Positions 24,235 to 43,770 of a DNA stretch of 60,000 bases are shown here, piece by piece (within the stretch, counting starts at the first letter, position 1; each line of letters opens with the position of its first letter). Made by a program: the position numbers and the translations under genes. Source of the DNA: Malacoraja senta. Lineage: Eukaryota. Location of the stretch: assembly GCA_038087875.1 (NCBI GenBank), contig CM075996.1, positions 6,016,001 through 6,076,000 on the forward strand, written 5' to 3'. A model generated the notes under the pieces. That model worked only from the letters and a program-made list of their open reading frames with translations. It made no database searches and was not told where the DNA came from.

Positions 24235-25640
24235 TGGTGTTTGTTATACAGAGAATGAAACTAGTGTAGGAGCAAATATGTAGGAGTAAGAGATCGCACA
24301 GAACTGTAAGGGTAACAGGATTGTAATAACAGGTGATTTTAACTTTCCTTACTGTATATTGACTAGTGATACCATAATGCACAGGGCTTGGACCGAATGA
24401 AATTTCTTTGTGTGACCAGCTAAGTTTTCTTAAACAATATATAAGGGCTTTAGTAGTGAGGGTGCAACACTAGATTACTTATTAGGCAAAGAGGCAGAGC
24501 TAGTGACTGAAGGTCAGGAGGTGAACACTCTAAGACTAATGACTATATTTCTATTAGTTTTTAATTAGTTATAGAAAAAAAATAGAACTGGTCATCAGGT
24601 TAAAATCCTGAGTTGGAGCAATACCAATTTTGAAGTTAATAGACAGGAGCTTGTATAGGTTAAATGGGAGATGCTGTTTACAGGTAAAGGGATGTCTGGC
24701 AGGTTGGAGGTTTATAAAGGAGAAGTGAAATGTAAGGCTGGTGGGAGGGATAGGGGTAGAAGGAGATGGAAGAGGGGATAAGGGGAAAAATGAGACTATG
24801 GGATGGGAAAAGTGTGAGGGGAGAAAGGAGCAAGTGACTTGAATGCTGGCAGAGATCCATGTTCTCCAGAGATGCTGCCTGACATGCTGAGTTACTCCAA
24901 CACTTTGTCTTTTTTAGAACCTTGTCCATATGCACTATGTTAGACTCATTGACCTCTAGTTTGCCAGCCTTCTCCTCTGCCAATGGAGGAGACTGAGGAC
25001 AGAAAGCTCTGTATGGGAATGGTAAGGGGAGTTAAATTAGTTGGCAGCTTGGAGCTCCAGCAGGCTTTGGTGGTCAGTGCACGAATTAGAGCGAAGGCCT
25101 CCTGAAGGATTAACTAGGCTGTCCATGTTTTGACCCAGAGGAGATGAGCAAGGAGTTAAATTAATATTTCTCATCTGTATTTACTGAGAAGTTATGGAAG
25201 CAAATGAATTGAGAGGAATAAGTAGTGATGTGTTGGACCCAAATTCAATTTAGAAAACAGTATATTAAAGATTATTAAGATGAATGTGAATCACCAGGGC
25301 CTGATCAAATGTTTCTTCAAAAGTGAGGGGAAAATTGATGGGGCCCTGGCAAAGATATTGGCATGATCTTTAGCCATTGGGGTAGGTAGCAGAAGTCTGG
25401 AGGGTGTTTATTTAAGAAGGGTTACCAGGGGATTCCAAGCTGGTGAGTCTGGTTGATATGTTTCTGAAGGAGTTTCTCAGCGACAGGAGCTGCCAACATT
25501 TTGATCGGCAAGGACTGATTAGAAATAGTCAGAGCAGCTTTGTGTGTGTGAAATTGTGTCTCACAAATTTGAAGTTTGTTAAGGTGTCACCAACAGGATT
25601 GACAAGGGCAATGGTGATAAACATTGTCTATCTGAACTAT
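24235..25640 (+). mobile_element. Degraded CR1 ORF2 (endonuclease through RT start), interrupted at ~24730-25100
   Basis: Remnants GDFNFP (GGTGATTTTAACTTTCC), LDLLLG, SPGPDQ (TCACCAGGGCCTGATC) and CLTNL. Confidence 0.7.
24730..25100. mobile_element. Penelope-like fragments inserted in CR1
   Basis: Purine-rich tract, then CCAGAGATGCTGCCTGACATGCTGAGTTACTCC as in the 25907 family. Confidence 0.5.
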
Positions 25641-25906
25641 GTGGCCTATTACTACCTATCTTATCCGTGATGCCCTTCTTGAATAAAGGAACCACATTTA
25701 CATCTAGTCATTCCGTACCTCATCTGTGGCCACCAAATATTACAAAATCTCTGAGGGATCAATAATCTCTTTCGCCTTCCATACCATCTTCATATAATTC
25801 TCATCGGGCCTTGGGGATTTATTCACCTTTAAGCCCACTAAGATGCCTCATATCACCTTTTTAATGATAACATGTTCGAGGATTGCAATGTCTCACCTTG
25901 AATTCT

Positions 25907-26018
25907 TGCTCCCCTGACATCAGTCTGAAGAAGGGTCTCGACCCGAAACATCACCCATTCCTTCTCTTCAGAGATGCTGCCTGACCCGCTGAGTTACTCC
26001 AGCATTTTGTGTCTATCT
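25907..26018 (+). mobile_element. 112-bp Penelope-pLTR-type insertion with 9-bp TSD
   Basis: TTGAATTCT at 25898-25906 and 26019-26027; body shared with 20488, 21061, 57841 and 58410. Confidence 0.8.
25921..25956 (+). ncRNA. Minimal type I hammerhead ribozyme-like motif (probably decayed)
   Basis: CTGAAGA (25925-31), A, stem II GGGT-CTCG-ACCC, GAAAC (25945-49), ATC. A paralogue shows CGTCACCCATTCC (21061), implying an ancestral GAAACGTC. Confidence 0.6.
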
Positions 26019-28488
26019 TTGAATTCTGCAGGTATGGTTTCTCTTGTTTTCTGATTGACTGCTATAATTCTAGTACAACCTGATACAGATGTTGCATAAT
26101 GTTGCACACCATTGATTCCCAGGCTAGAATAAAAATGGGCGGATGAGCCACAAGTACACAAGAAAATATGAGGATGAGTAGGCCCACAGGTCCTTCAAAT
26201 CTGCCTGGACAATAGGATCATGGCTGATCTATGTTGGACTAATTTCTTCTTCTGTGCCCCCATTCCTTAATCAATTAAATATGTATCCACCCCCACTTTA
26301 AGTATCTCTTATGGTCCAGCTTTCACCAGATAGGGTGTTCCAGTGATTCACCACCATCTCATCCACAACTAAAAAAGGAAGAGCTATCCCATGTTTCTGT
26401 TCTTGTTCTGAATTGGAACTTTGTTTGCGTGATCTTCTGAGGCAATGTATATTCATTTCCTGAGTAGATGGTTGTAAGGTCAATCTTCAAAGCTGCGAAT
26501 GAATATTTGCCACTATTAATTGTTCTGTGGCTGCAATGACTTCACCTTGCTTCGGAGTAAAATAGTAAATGCTGACTCTTCTGAAATTCGAATCCAGAAA
26601 AGTATTGATTATTTGTCTGTGGGCGAGAAAGATGAATTCAGTTTCAAACAATCATGGTTGAAGGTCATGTCTCAGAGTGGTGGAATGAGGATGGGTGAGA
26701 TGCTCTTAGAATTAAGTTAAACGTTTACTTTATATGTTAAACTTAAATATTTTATCAATGTAGATTAGTCAAAGTTTACTTTTCCTTTCTATTCTCTCAA
26801 AATCTCTACTTGTCTTATATAATTGTGGTTTATTCAGGAAATAATACATGAGCATTTTAACAGTTAATAGGATTGTATATTTTTGAAATCTTCCTGTTCG
26901 GGGTGAAGAGATACTGAACACTTATCTCTTCTACACAACATTAGAAGTAATTACAGTATTAAATCAGAAGGCACAGGATTACAGTCGAAACGGGCAGAGG
27001 GGTGATGCTGGCGTAATGCAGCTGTTGTGGAGAACACTGATAGTGGTTCATCTGTTATTGGAGAAGTAGAAAATCCTTGGCATGCAGCCAACTGCCGCGC
27101 TGGCTAACATATGTCATGCTGCGAGCAAAGATGAAGGCATTTTGAATTTATATATAAATGGTCTGCAATCTAGTGACTTTTTATTGCAATGGTACAGAGT
27201 GGTAAACATGATTACTCAGATAAACTGCCTGCTGGATTTTTTCCATTTCTGCAGAGCATCACAAATATGTATTTGCAATTTGACAGCAAATTGGAACAAG
27301 CCTTTGTTATTCAAGATATAAACAACTACATTTGGAAGATGTTGAGCACTTGGCCATCAAGTAAGCTGACCAAACTTAACCACTGCTTAGTTGGGATTGT
27401 GTTGAATGTAGTGCAAATCATAGGTGATGGTGGTGCCTCCCGGCAGGGTGGAAGAAAGCTTGAAAGAGAGGGTGTTACCTACCAGTCCCATCTCTTCCCT
27501 GTGGTGACTCTTCCCAGTGGGCTTTCATGGTAGGCTGTGTTGCTGTTCTTTTAATGTAGGATTAAAAAGTCAGTTTTTGGATCAAAGGTTTTGTCTGCCA
27601 TTTTCCTAGCTTAATCTGTTTTAGCCATATGATGGTGAGCTTCCAGTGAAAATGGATGTTGTGAGATATTGCTCTGGCTATTGGGAGCTATGCATTAGAA
27701 AGACACCAGCCAAAGGATCGTTGGAATTTTGTCATGGCAGTTGTTTGATGAGAATAATGCTGACTGATTGTAGTCTGCTTTTTATTTGAAGGATTATGCT
27801 TTATGTGACATAGCAGACTGCAAATTTCATAGAGCTGAGGATGTTGTTCTGAAAGACAAACCCTGGTTTGCTAGTGATGTTTCTAATAATGATAGGAAGT
27901 TTGAGTTTAGTTTTATTTTAAGGATTAGGGGGTTGAATAACAAAGTGAAGGGTGTCAGGCTCTGGGAGATTGAACCAGACTTAGTTTGAGCACTCCTGTT
28001 TTGGAATAAGTACTATTTCTGTAACTGAAACTATATATTTATCTTGTGCTGGAACAACGAGATCAGTCATATGAGAAAAATACCTGGAATAGCAGAGATC
28101 ATTTTCTTGAAGTCAGAAGAATTGTTATTATTACTGCCAGCCTATAAATTGCTCTGGGATGGAGCGTTGGGGTACAGGTGGAGTGGGGGTATTACATAAC
28201 CCCTATGTGGAACTCATCTACTTCTGCCTCTGGTTTGCAGCAGATTTGGCTTGATGGTTAACAGGATGGCAAATGATAGCAGGGGAACTTAAATATTTTC
28301 AGAGGCATACTACTTTCTAGATTCAAGTGTGCTTGACAGATCTGATCTGATTACAGTTAACCAGATCAGAGATAATCTGTCTCAGTTCCTTACTTTAGCC
28401 TTCATCCTCAACTTCTACTCAGTTGGGAAATTGAAATGCCATTTTTTAGGTCCATTCACTCAATCTTCCTGCAGTGTTAGAAGTTGAA

Positions 28489-28493
<5 letters not shown>

Positions 28494-28518
<25 letters not shown>
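28494..28518. repeat. (TG)n microsatellite
   Basis: About 12 TG units. Confidence 0.95.
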
Positions 28519-28520
<2 letters not shown>

Positions 28521-28749
28521 TATTCTAATTGCTATAGAAGAATGAGAATTATCCAATATTATGGGTGCTTGCGTTCTTCATATAAAATTTTGAACATCCA
28601 CCTTCAGTGTTCCAACACAAACTTGTCTTCTTCATAGGAATCAATTGTAACTGTTGTTATTGCTCCATGTTTTCTTTCTCGTATTGAAAAAAGATCTTAG
28701 TATTATTTACCTCTTGCTTTAAACTACATCTGAATTATAGTTAAAGTTG

Positions 28750-29240
28750 TTCATGAGCAAATGTACCATCAACTTGTGCAAAGCGAAAGAACGGACATTT
28801 CCAAAGCAATATTCTTGATCTTGGTATATCCTCAAGGCAGTTTACATTTTTGAAGTGTGTTCTGTTTGTAATTGGGAAAATCTATCAACTGGATAGTGAG
28901 CAAATTCCTGTAAAAAAAATCATGAGAAAAATTACCAGGTCAGTTGTTTTAGTGGTGGCAACTAACTAAAATTAGAATACATTTTTGCCATCGTACCTTC
29001 CCTCTTCCTTCTCTTTGTTCCTCTTCATATTAGTGCTATTGAATCTTTGTTACCCATATGACCAGGCAATAATGATGCCCCAGTTTAATCCCTTGACCCG
29101 AAAGCTACTCATCCAAAAAAGCAGCACTCACTCCCTCAGTATTACACTGTAATATTTACCATGATTGTGTTTATCATCCAAGTAAGGCTTGTGCCAAAAA
29201 TGGCTAACTTCAGAGCTAGAATATGATCACCTGAACCTAG
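28750..29240 (-). mobile_element. Ancient Deu-domain SINE (AmnSINE1/SacSINE1-like)
   Basis: Plus strand shows the antisense pattern TTTTGAAGTGTG..GTAATTGGGAAA..TTACCAGGTCAGTTGTTTTAGTG..CAGTTTAAT..CCGAAAG..GCAGCACTC..CCCTCAGTATTACACTG. Recognised from memory of the family. Confidence 0.6.
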
Positions 29241-30131
29241 TAGTAAAGCCACACATATCCTTTGATGGGTGCGCAGTTTGCTGTATTATGAAATGTCTCA
29301 TGATGTGCCTATCCCCTGAACCACCGATTTTTTTTTGTGGTAGATAAAGACTGCAAGTGATACAATTAACCCTACATCTTTAAGAAGTTCCCTTTAAGCC
29401 AAGCAAAAGAATTTTCCCAAGAAAGGCATTTACATTTCACACAAACTACATTTACAATGTTTAGGATGTCTCTAGCAAATATGCTATCCAGTTGTCATTT
29501 TAACAGTGAAAACGTTTAATTAAAAAAAAAATTAATTGAAATATAGTTTCAAATGTTGGCCCAATCACCCATATGTTTGCAATTCTTATAACTATTCAAG
29601 CTAGCAGAAGCTAACGATTGAACATAAATACATCTTGATAAACTGCAAATGGAAACCTTCACAATCAAAGAAATGGAACATAATTGGCTGTATTTTTCTA
29701 AACTGCCACATCAGTAAAAAAAACAATATAATGTAAGAAACTTATTATAATGTCCCCCCTCAATTCTTGTAAAAAGTGACGCCTGTTTGAGCTAAAGTGA
29801 CAAGTGTGCACCTGTTCATGTCTATTACTGTGCAGACGCATTGCTTTTTAAAAAAAGCCTTCTTGGGTAGGGAAAGCAGATCCCTTCTCTACAAACAGAC
29901 CCAGTCTTCAGGGCCAGGATTTGAGGGTTAATCTGCAGAAGTTTGATTGCAACAGCTGAAAACGTTACCGGGCAGAAAGCCTCCCCTCCTCACGTTGCTG
30001 AAGGCCTGCACTGTGTGCATCACAAATCCTTAAACAGCTGTTCACGATTGACGGATAGACCAATTCACTCACACCCCAGCCATACAGCCCTGGTTCTCCT
30101 TAATTCGAGTGTCCTACAGCAACTTGTAAGC

Positions 30132-30176
30132 ATGTTCAGTGTCTACTGTATGGAATATCCTTACCCAATATTACAG
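30132..30176 (+). CDS. Candidate short first coding exon (MFSVYCMEYPYPILQ), host gene unidentified
   Basis: ATG plus 15 open codons ending at a perfect donor CAG|GTGAGT (30176|30177) in unique sequence; CCAAT at ~30060. Confidence 0.3.
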
Positions 30177-32175
30177 GTGAGTACTGGCGTAGAAATCCAT
30201 GCTTTTCACAGTGTTATTCTCGGCTGAACCAGTGGTAATTTCTTATAAACTGTCCTAGGAATTGATAAAAAAGTGTCTTATGTGCTACAGTGTTCTACGT
30301 CAACAATATAGAGCCAGCATAGCTTCGTAGACCAGCAAAAATCAGTTTAGGTGAAGAAGCTTTCTGATTAAAATGTGCTCGAATCCTCTGAGGTTATTTC
30401 TGTACTGCACTGCAGAGTTCTATATATCTTGAAGCAGCACTGCCACAATTTCCATAGAGGGGAGGCTGTAGTATAGCATTTCAAATTCCCAATTTGTAAG
30501 AGTTCTTTTGCTGCATTGATGCACATCATTGTGCAGCCAGTTTTAACATTAGTTTCATACAGAGATGGTTTTGAGACATAATTTCTATACTAGCCGTGCT
30601 TAAAATTACTTTGTAATGCCAATAATATTAATAAACTATTTTGTAAGGAGGGATTAGCTTGCTTGTAAAGCTTGGAAAAATTCCAATAAACTAAACCTTT
30701 CAGTGAATTGGCACATGGCATTGTGTAAATTTAGTTAACAACAGACGACCCCTGCTTTAAGAGTGTGTGGTGTACTTAGATTCCAGACTTTCTTGTGATT
30801 TTCCATAATTCAAAAACAAGTCATCTGCGCATGCATCAAAAAATGCAAATGTAAGAAAACTAAATTTTGTGTTGATTTATTTCTTTACACACGTGTTCTG
30901 CAAAGAGTGGATTTTGTTGCATACCTCAAACTTTTGGGTAGTGATTTGTGAATTATGTGAGGGCAAACTTCTGTAACTTGAACAGTAGTAACATGGAAGT
31001 TGCTTTATAAATACTTTTATACAAAGATTTGGAAGCTCTAGCGTAGTTGGAAAATGCAACCCAAGTCAACTTAGCATTACAGAATAAAAAGGTAAAAGAT
31101 TTGATTTATTGTAGTTTGTGTGAAACTAATTAGGCTTCAGAGGATTTCCAATTTGCCTCAGTGACTGAAAAATCGACCAAATTTTTGCTTTCTGTCCATT
31201 GATTGTTGCTGGAAAGTTTAAGTGCAGACATGAGGTGAAGAATTGGTTTGGTCTCAGCTGCGACCGTTTCCCCTTAATTCCATTTGCTGCTAGGCTTGTA
31301 CAATGACTACTTGAATAACATCAGCTGCAGTTGAGAAGCACTTTATTGAACATAAAGGCTTCGAGGTGTCTTGAGGACATGATGAGGTACTTTATAAATG
31401 CAAGTGCTTTTGTCACTTGTGTGAGTTAATGTTACTACCTCTCCCAAGTACCATTTGAGATTATAACCACTGAATTAATGAGCAGCTAGAGAAGAGGAAA
31501 AAATAAGGTGTAAAACCAAAGGTTTCATTCTTCCCCATAGTTTTTAAACTACATTTTCGTAGTTGCTCTAGCTGCGTTTGGTTGATTCCCAAGTTAAGAA
31601 TTCACTGTATGTAAGTAACATGGTGCAAATCTAAATCTTGTAAATTATTGGATATCTGTTAGGTACTCGAATTCTAATGCCAATTATGAAACTACATCAA
31701 AGACTTAAATACGTATATAATTTTGTAGACCTAACCAAATGCATTTTTATACCAAGATTTTACTCAAGTGATATTCCTGTACTTTTGTTCTTCACATATT
31801 AAACTCTTCTCTGTCATACTTCTACTTGTTTTCTCTCATTACTGGATCACAATCTTGGAATTTTGCACTCGTATTTATCTTACCATAAGGCTGAAGTAGC
31901 CCCATATGGCTAAGTTGATAAATTATGCAAACATTCGTGGCCTCCTTACACAAACTTCTTACTTGGTAGAGGCAGGATTGATTCACTGTTATGAATGCAT
32001 GTAAATGGATTTTTTTTTTTTTAAAGAGTCAATGCAAATAAGTAAGTGGAGTACATGGAGCTTATTCAAAAACACCTTTGTATACAACTAATTGCACTTT
32101 TAATCTTTGAGTTTTTAAACTTAAAACTAGTTTTAATAAATTGTGATGTTAATAGGATTTTAATCCTGCTGATGC

Positions 32176-32375
32176 NNNNNNNNNNNNNNNNNNNNNNNNN
32201 NNNNNNNNNNNNNNNNNNNNNNNNNNNNNNNNNNNNNNNNNNNNNNNNNNNNNNNNNNNNNNNNNNNNNNNNNNNNNNNNNNNNNNNNNNNNNNNNNNNN
32301 NNNNNNNNNNNNNNNNNNNNNNNNNNNNNNNNNNNNNNNNNNNNNNNNNNNNNNNNNNNNNNNNNNNNNNNNNNN
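32176..32375. other. Assembly gap (200 N)
   Basis: Run of N. True distance and contiguity across the gap are unknown. Confidence 1.
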
Positions 32376-32520
32376 GTATCTTTTCCCTTTGTTCTACCCA
32401 TTGTACTTGAGTTTGGCTTGATTACTTCTTTGTATAGTATTATCTAATTTGATTGGATAGAATGTAAAACAAAGCTTTTTGCTGTACATTGATATACATG
32501 ACAATAATAAACTTAAACCA
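32376..32520 (+). mobile_element. Rex1/Babar-type LINE 3' UTR (abuts gap)
   Basis: Colinear with 34430-34570; ends ACATGACAATAATAAAC. Confidence 0.7.
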
Positions 32521-32524
32521 TTTC

Positions 32525-33912
32525 TTCTGTCTCTGCCATGGTTACGTGCAACTCTGATTCTAACTGGGTTTAACTGCCACTTTTCTCCCTTTCCCTCCCA
32601 AAGTGCAACTCCTCATACTTGTCTGGATTAAACTCCGTGAACTCTTTCACTTCCCATATTTCCAACTGATCTATAACCTGCTGCATCATATGACAAATTT
32701 CCTCACTATCCACAACTCTGCCAATTTTTGTGTCGTCTGTAAACTTAATAATAAGTCCACTGTTGTCCAAATCATATATTGCAAACAACAGAGGCCCTTG
32801 CGTTCCTCCCCGTGGTACACCACTGGTCACGGTAGTTCAGTCATAATAATACACTTTCCCCACTCCTCTGTGACCAAGCCAATTTTGAATACTATCTACC
32901 AAATCCCAGTGAATCCCATGTGCCTTAATCTTCTGGATCAGCCTGGAATGCGGGACCTTATTGAATGCTTCGTTAAAGTCCCCTTAGACAGCATCCACGG
33001 CCCTACCCTTGCCAGTCATTCTTTGTCACCTCAAAAAAAAATCAATCAAGTTTGTAAGTCAGGACGTTCCCTGCACAGTCATACTGACTATTCCTATTAA
33101 GTCCATGCTTTTCCTAAGAATTCCCATAATTTCCCCCCCCACTGATGCAAGGATGATCGCTAGCTTATAATTTCTTGGTTTGCCCTTATTGTCCTTATTA
33201 AACAAAGGAACAGCATCGGCTATTCTCCTGTCATCTGGGGTTTCACTTATAGTTAGAGAGAATACAAAGATCACTATCAAAGCCCCAGTAATCTCTCTTG
33301 CCTCTCACAATAACCTGGGATAGATCCCATCAGGGATCTGGGGACATCCTCCTTAATGTTCTTCAACATCACCACCAGCTTGACATCAACATGCCCGACA
33401 ACATCAGGATACCTCTCCCTATCACCCACATCCTCCTCCTTGTAAATACAGATGTGAAGTACTTTTTTAGTATCTTGCCCTTTTCTTCTGGCTCCAGGCA
33501 TAAATTTACCCCTATATCTTTGAGTCGTCCTACCTTCTCCTTAGCTACCACCTTGTATTTTAATGTGTGTATTAAATACCTTGGTATTCTCCTCAATACA
33601 ACCTGCCATGGAAATTTCATGGCCCCTCTTAGAACTGCTGACTCTATTTAAATTATTTTCTGCTTCCTTTACAGTCTTTAAATTTTAGCTTCCTAAACCT
33701 CATATCTTCCTTTACTCTCTAAAATTACAATATCTCCTGCTGTCTGTGGTTCCTAAACCTTGCCATCCTTGTTTGCCTTTCACACAGGAATATGTTGGTC
33801 CTGAGTTTAACCAGAATTCAAACAAATTCCACCTGTCGTGTGTGGATTTACCTATTAACAGCTTCCAATGTCCTCCCTCTTGCTCCTGCCTGATACTGTT
33901 GTAATTAGCCTT
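32525..33912 (-). mobile_element. Degraded CR1 ORF2; continues at ~34575-34700 beyond a nested LINE
   Basis: Minus remnants TSGVPRG..GPLLF..KFTDDTKIG, PLFNK..PRNYK and KKYFTSVFT. Confidence 0.85.
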
Positions 33913-33914
33913 GC

Positions 33915-34570
33915 CCTCCGCCCGGACCAACCACACAGAAGCTACGGCTAAGAAAACATAGCAAAGCCCACTTCCTCTGTAGACTGAATACGTTTGTCAT
34001 TTTATAGTGGCTCTTACCAACTTCTACAGATGCACCATAGAAAGCATCTGGTCACAATGCATCGCAGCTTGGTATGACAACAACCCTGCCTAAGAAGCTG
34101 CAGAGCTTTGTGGATGTAACCCAGTCTATCACATAGACCAGTCTCCCCACCATCGACTATCTTCACTTCACGCTGCCTTGGGAAAGCAGACAACACAATT
34201 TTCACCCTGGTCATTCCTTATTCTCCCCTCTCCCAAATGAACAGAAGATACCAAAGGTTAAAAGCACACCCCAGCAAATTCAGGAACAGCTTCTTCCCCA
34301 TTGTTATCAGATTACTGAATGTTTCCCCATAAGCTAGAGTGCAGTCCCGATCCCCCAAAGTCCAGACTTTGAACTTTTTATTTGTAACTGTAATGCTATA
34401 ATGAGGTTACACTATATTCTGCATTCTAGTATTTTTCTCTTTACATTACCTGTTGTACTTATGAATGGCTTAATTGTACTTGTGTATAGTATGATTTGAT
34501 TTTACTAGATAGCACACAACCAACAGCTTTTCACTGTACCTTAGTACACAAGACAATGATAACCAATACA
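33915..34570 (+). mobile_element. Rex1/Babar-type LINE 3' part nested in CR1
   Basis: Encodes TNHTEATAKK..LTNFYRCTIESI..FRNSFFP, followed by a 3' UTR. Confidence 0.85.
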
Positions 34571-36114
34571 ACTATCTGAAAATTTAGGCAGTTGTGATCA
34601 CTCTTCCCAAACTGATCTCCCACTGAAACTCTGATCACCTTGCTAGGCTCATTATCCATACAAGTTCTGGTCTGGCCCCTTCCCTACTTAAACTATGGAC
34701 CTCTAAGACTTGGCTGTTACAATATATTCTTGCCTGGTCACCAATGCTAACCCCACATCGTCATTCTCTCTCTAAACTTAAGGTCATCCAAATCTCTAAT
34801 GTCCAGAACCTAACTTGCAAATTTCCCTTTTAAAAAATGTTTAACTCCCTAAATAATGCATCTGGTGTTTAAAATAATTTCCCCAGTTCCATAAAGGACA
34901 ATTAGGTTCTCTTGAACAGGGTCCTATTAATCACCGAAGCAAGGTTGCACTTGCCCTAGCTTAGTGTTTCAGTTCTAATTTTAAAAAGCCTGAGGAAGTG
35001 AGCAATGTTATTTGTGCAGGTACATGTTTTATTTCACTGTAGTACTCGTGTATTTTAGATGATGTAGTTATGCATTCATCTAGCTGCATGTGGTCAAGTG
35101 ATACCAGTAACTTGGACAATTTCACAAGTGTTATCACTCTCTAAAGTTGTGTCGCACAGTCGACTTTGCCATTGCGTTGACTATAAGGCTAAGTAGAATT
35201 GTTCCGGCATGAACCTATTGACATGTGTTGCAGTTTAACTACACTGCGCAACAAAATCACCAGTTGCGCCTGTATCTTTGGAACAAAGGCCTTACTGTTA
35301 GTAAAATGATTTCATGAGATGTAAAGAGCACATTATATCGCATACTCACAAAACCTGATGGCTAAAAATTCTAAGTTTTGGATCAAAATATGTACTACAG
35401 CAAAATGCTCATCTTGATTCAATCATCTTTTTTTAAATTGTGTGTAACATGAACTTCAACTCTGAACGCTTTTTAACTGTGCAACTTAAAGCCGAGATAT
35501 TTTTCCCTACATGGTAATTGTTAGTTTGCTGTGCTTCTAACACTTGTTGGACAGGAAATTTCAATGCTAAATGAAATATATTAAACAGATGCTGCATAGT
35601 TTAATATTAAAATGCCATGAAGAATTTGTTTACATGAAAGATGATCTAAAGCTGTGTTCTGGGGGAAAATGGCCATTCAGATGAGAGAAAACCAGCCGTA
35701 AACCTTCAGTTGTGTAACCTGCTAGCAAGAGAGAGAGATCTGATATCTGAGAAGTTCTTGATATCCATCCAATAACTAATGAAGGATTATCTAGTTGTGA
35801 GGATGAGAGTGGGTTGGAGACTCAATTGCACATTCCACAGTCTAATATCACTCCGATGTCTAGACATGTACACGAAAAATTAACCTCTTGGGGAGGTGTC
35901 TGAAGACTGCCAATAACTTAGAAGTAGTCCCCAAAATCAGGAGAGTGAAAAAATATGCCACTATATGTTTATGTTTTCAATGTTGATTTATCCAATGAAG
36001 TTTAACTTCTACTTGAACAAATTTTACTTGGCGTGGAGAGCTGTATAGTTCGTTAACTTAATCCTTGGATAATATTGGTAATTGTCGTGATTTAATTATC
36101 TTTATCGTAACTAA

Positions 36115-36420
36115 CAGCTTGGCTTAATTGGTCACATTCTTTTGTCCCAGTTTAAAGTTGAGATAGGTTCAAGATCCATTTAAGAACATATCCCTGACCT
36201 AATACTAAGGCTTCACTGATCTTTCCAGTTTAAAAAACATCTCATTGTTTCTTGAGTAGGGACTTCTTAATATGGGTTTTTTTCAATTGAAAATTGCAGG
36301 ACCATGCTGTGTACAAAATGGCTGCCAGATTTGCCAATGTAATAAATGGCTGCACTTGAATTGAATGTGATATGCCTCGAGTGGTTATATGATGATGGTT
36401 ATATAAATAAATCCTATCTT
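36115..36420 (+). mobile_element. Degraded Deu-domain SINE
   Basis: GGCTTAATTGGT..GGTTCAAG head; GCTGTGTACAAAATGGCTGCC core; ..GGTTATATAAATAAAT tail. Confidence 0.5.
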
Positions 36421-37347
36421 ACCACTTTTGGCTTCAGTTTAATTTACTATTTGTGTTTTAGCAACACTTTATTGTTAATCAAAAAGAAGAAATCAAAAGA
36501 AAGGTTTTCTAAAAATTGAACAATTCTGCTGATTGTAAATTGTTCATTTAGGTAGTTTGTTATCTCCAACTTTTACTTGAGTTACACTAGATATATGTGC
36601 AGCAAAACAAAAACATTTTTTTGACATGCCAGATTTCAATTTTTCAACAAGAAAATCTGCAATTTTCATTTCAATTCTGCAAGTTTACTGTTTAATATGC
36701 AATATATCCACTAATTGTATTCTCACATATCTATGGTATAAACTAAACGTTTAAGAAGGTACTTCTAGTTATTTGATATATCCTATGTAGACATCGGAGT
36801 ATCAGGTATACAAATCAAAAAGTGGGGTATACAAATCAAGCCCAGTTTAGGTAGGTGCGCCATTCAATTGTGCATTATGTTCTTGAAGTATGTGCATTTA
36901 TATCTCTATCTTTCTGTAGCTTTTGTTACGATTGACCACACTGTCATCCTCCAATTTTCTCTCTGTTGTCTAGCTCAGTTAGGACCGCTGGTACTTAATT
37001 CAAATCTTACATAATTCATAGCCAGAGCATCCCTAGTGCATTCAACATTGAACTATTTCTCTGGAGATTCTCAAGGATTCTGGGGCATACACTCAAACTC
37101 TGTATCTGTTCACATAGCCAGTTGCTTCTGTAAACATTTAGATTACCTGGCCTCGCCCTGTCAGCGAAGTTTTCTTTGTCCTGTCAACCGCTCCCCCACC
37201 CTCTCTGCAACTTTAAACAAACATGTTTTCTCACTTTCCTGGTTCTTCTCTTTTACTGGCGCTGCCTGCTCTGCTGAGTGCTTCCACCATTCTCTGTTTT
37301 TACTCTTTATTAGCACTCCTGCTACTTTATTCCACCTCTATATTCTA

Positions 37348-43770
<6,423 letters not shown>

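Noticed and set aside
32046..32447. ORFs spanning the N run
   Set aside because: Artefact of translating the assembly gap.
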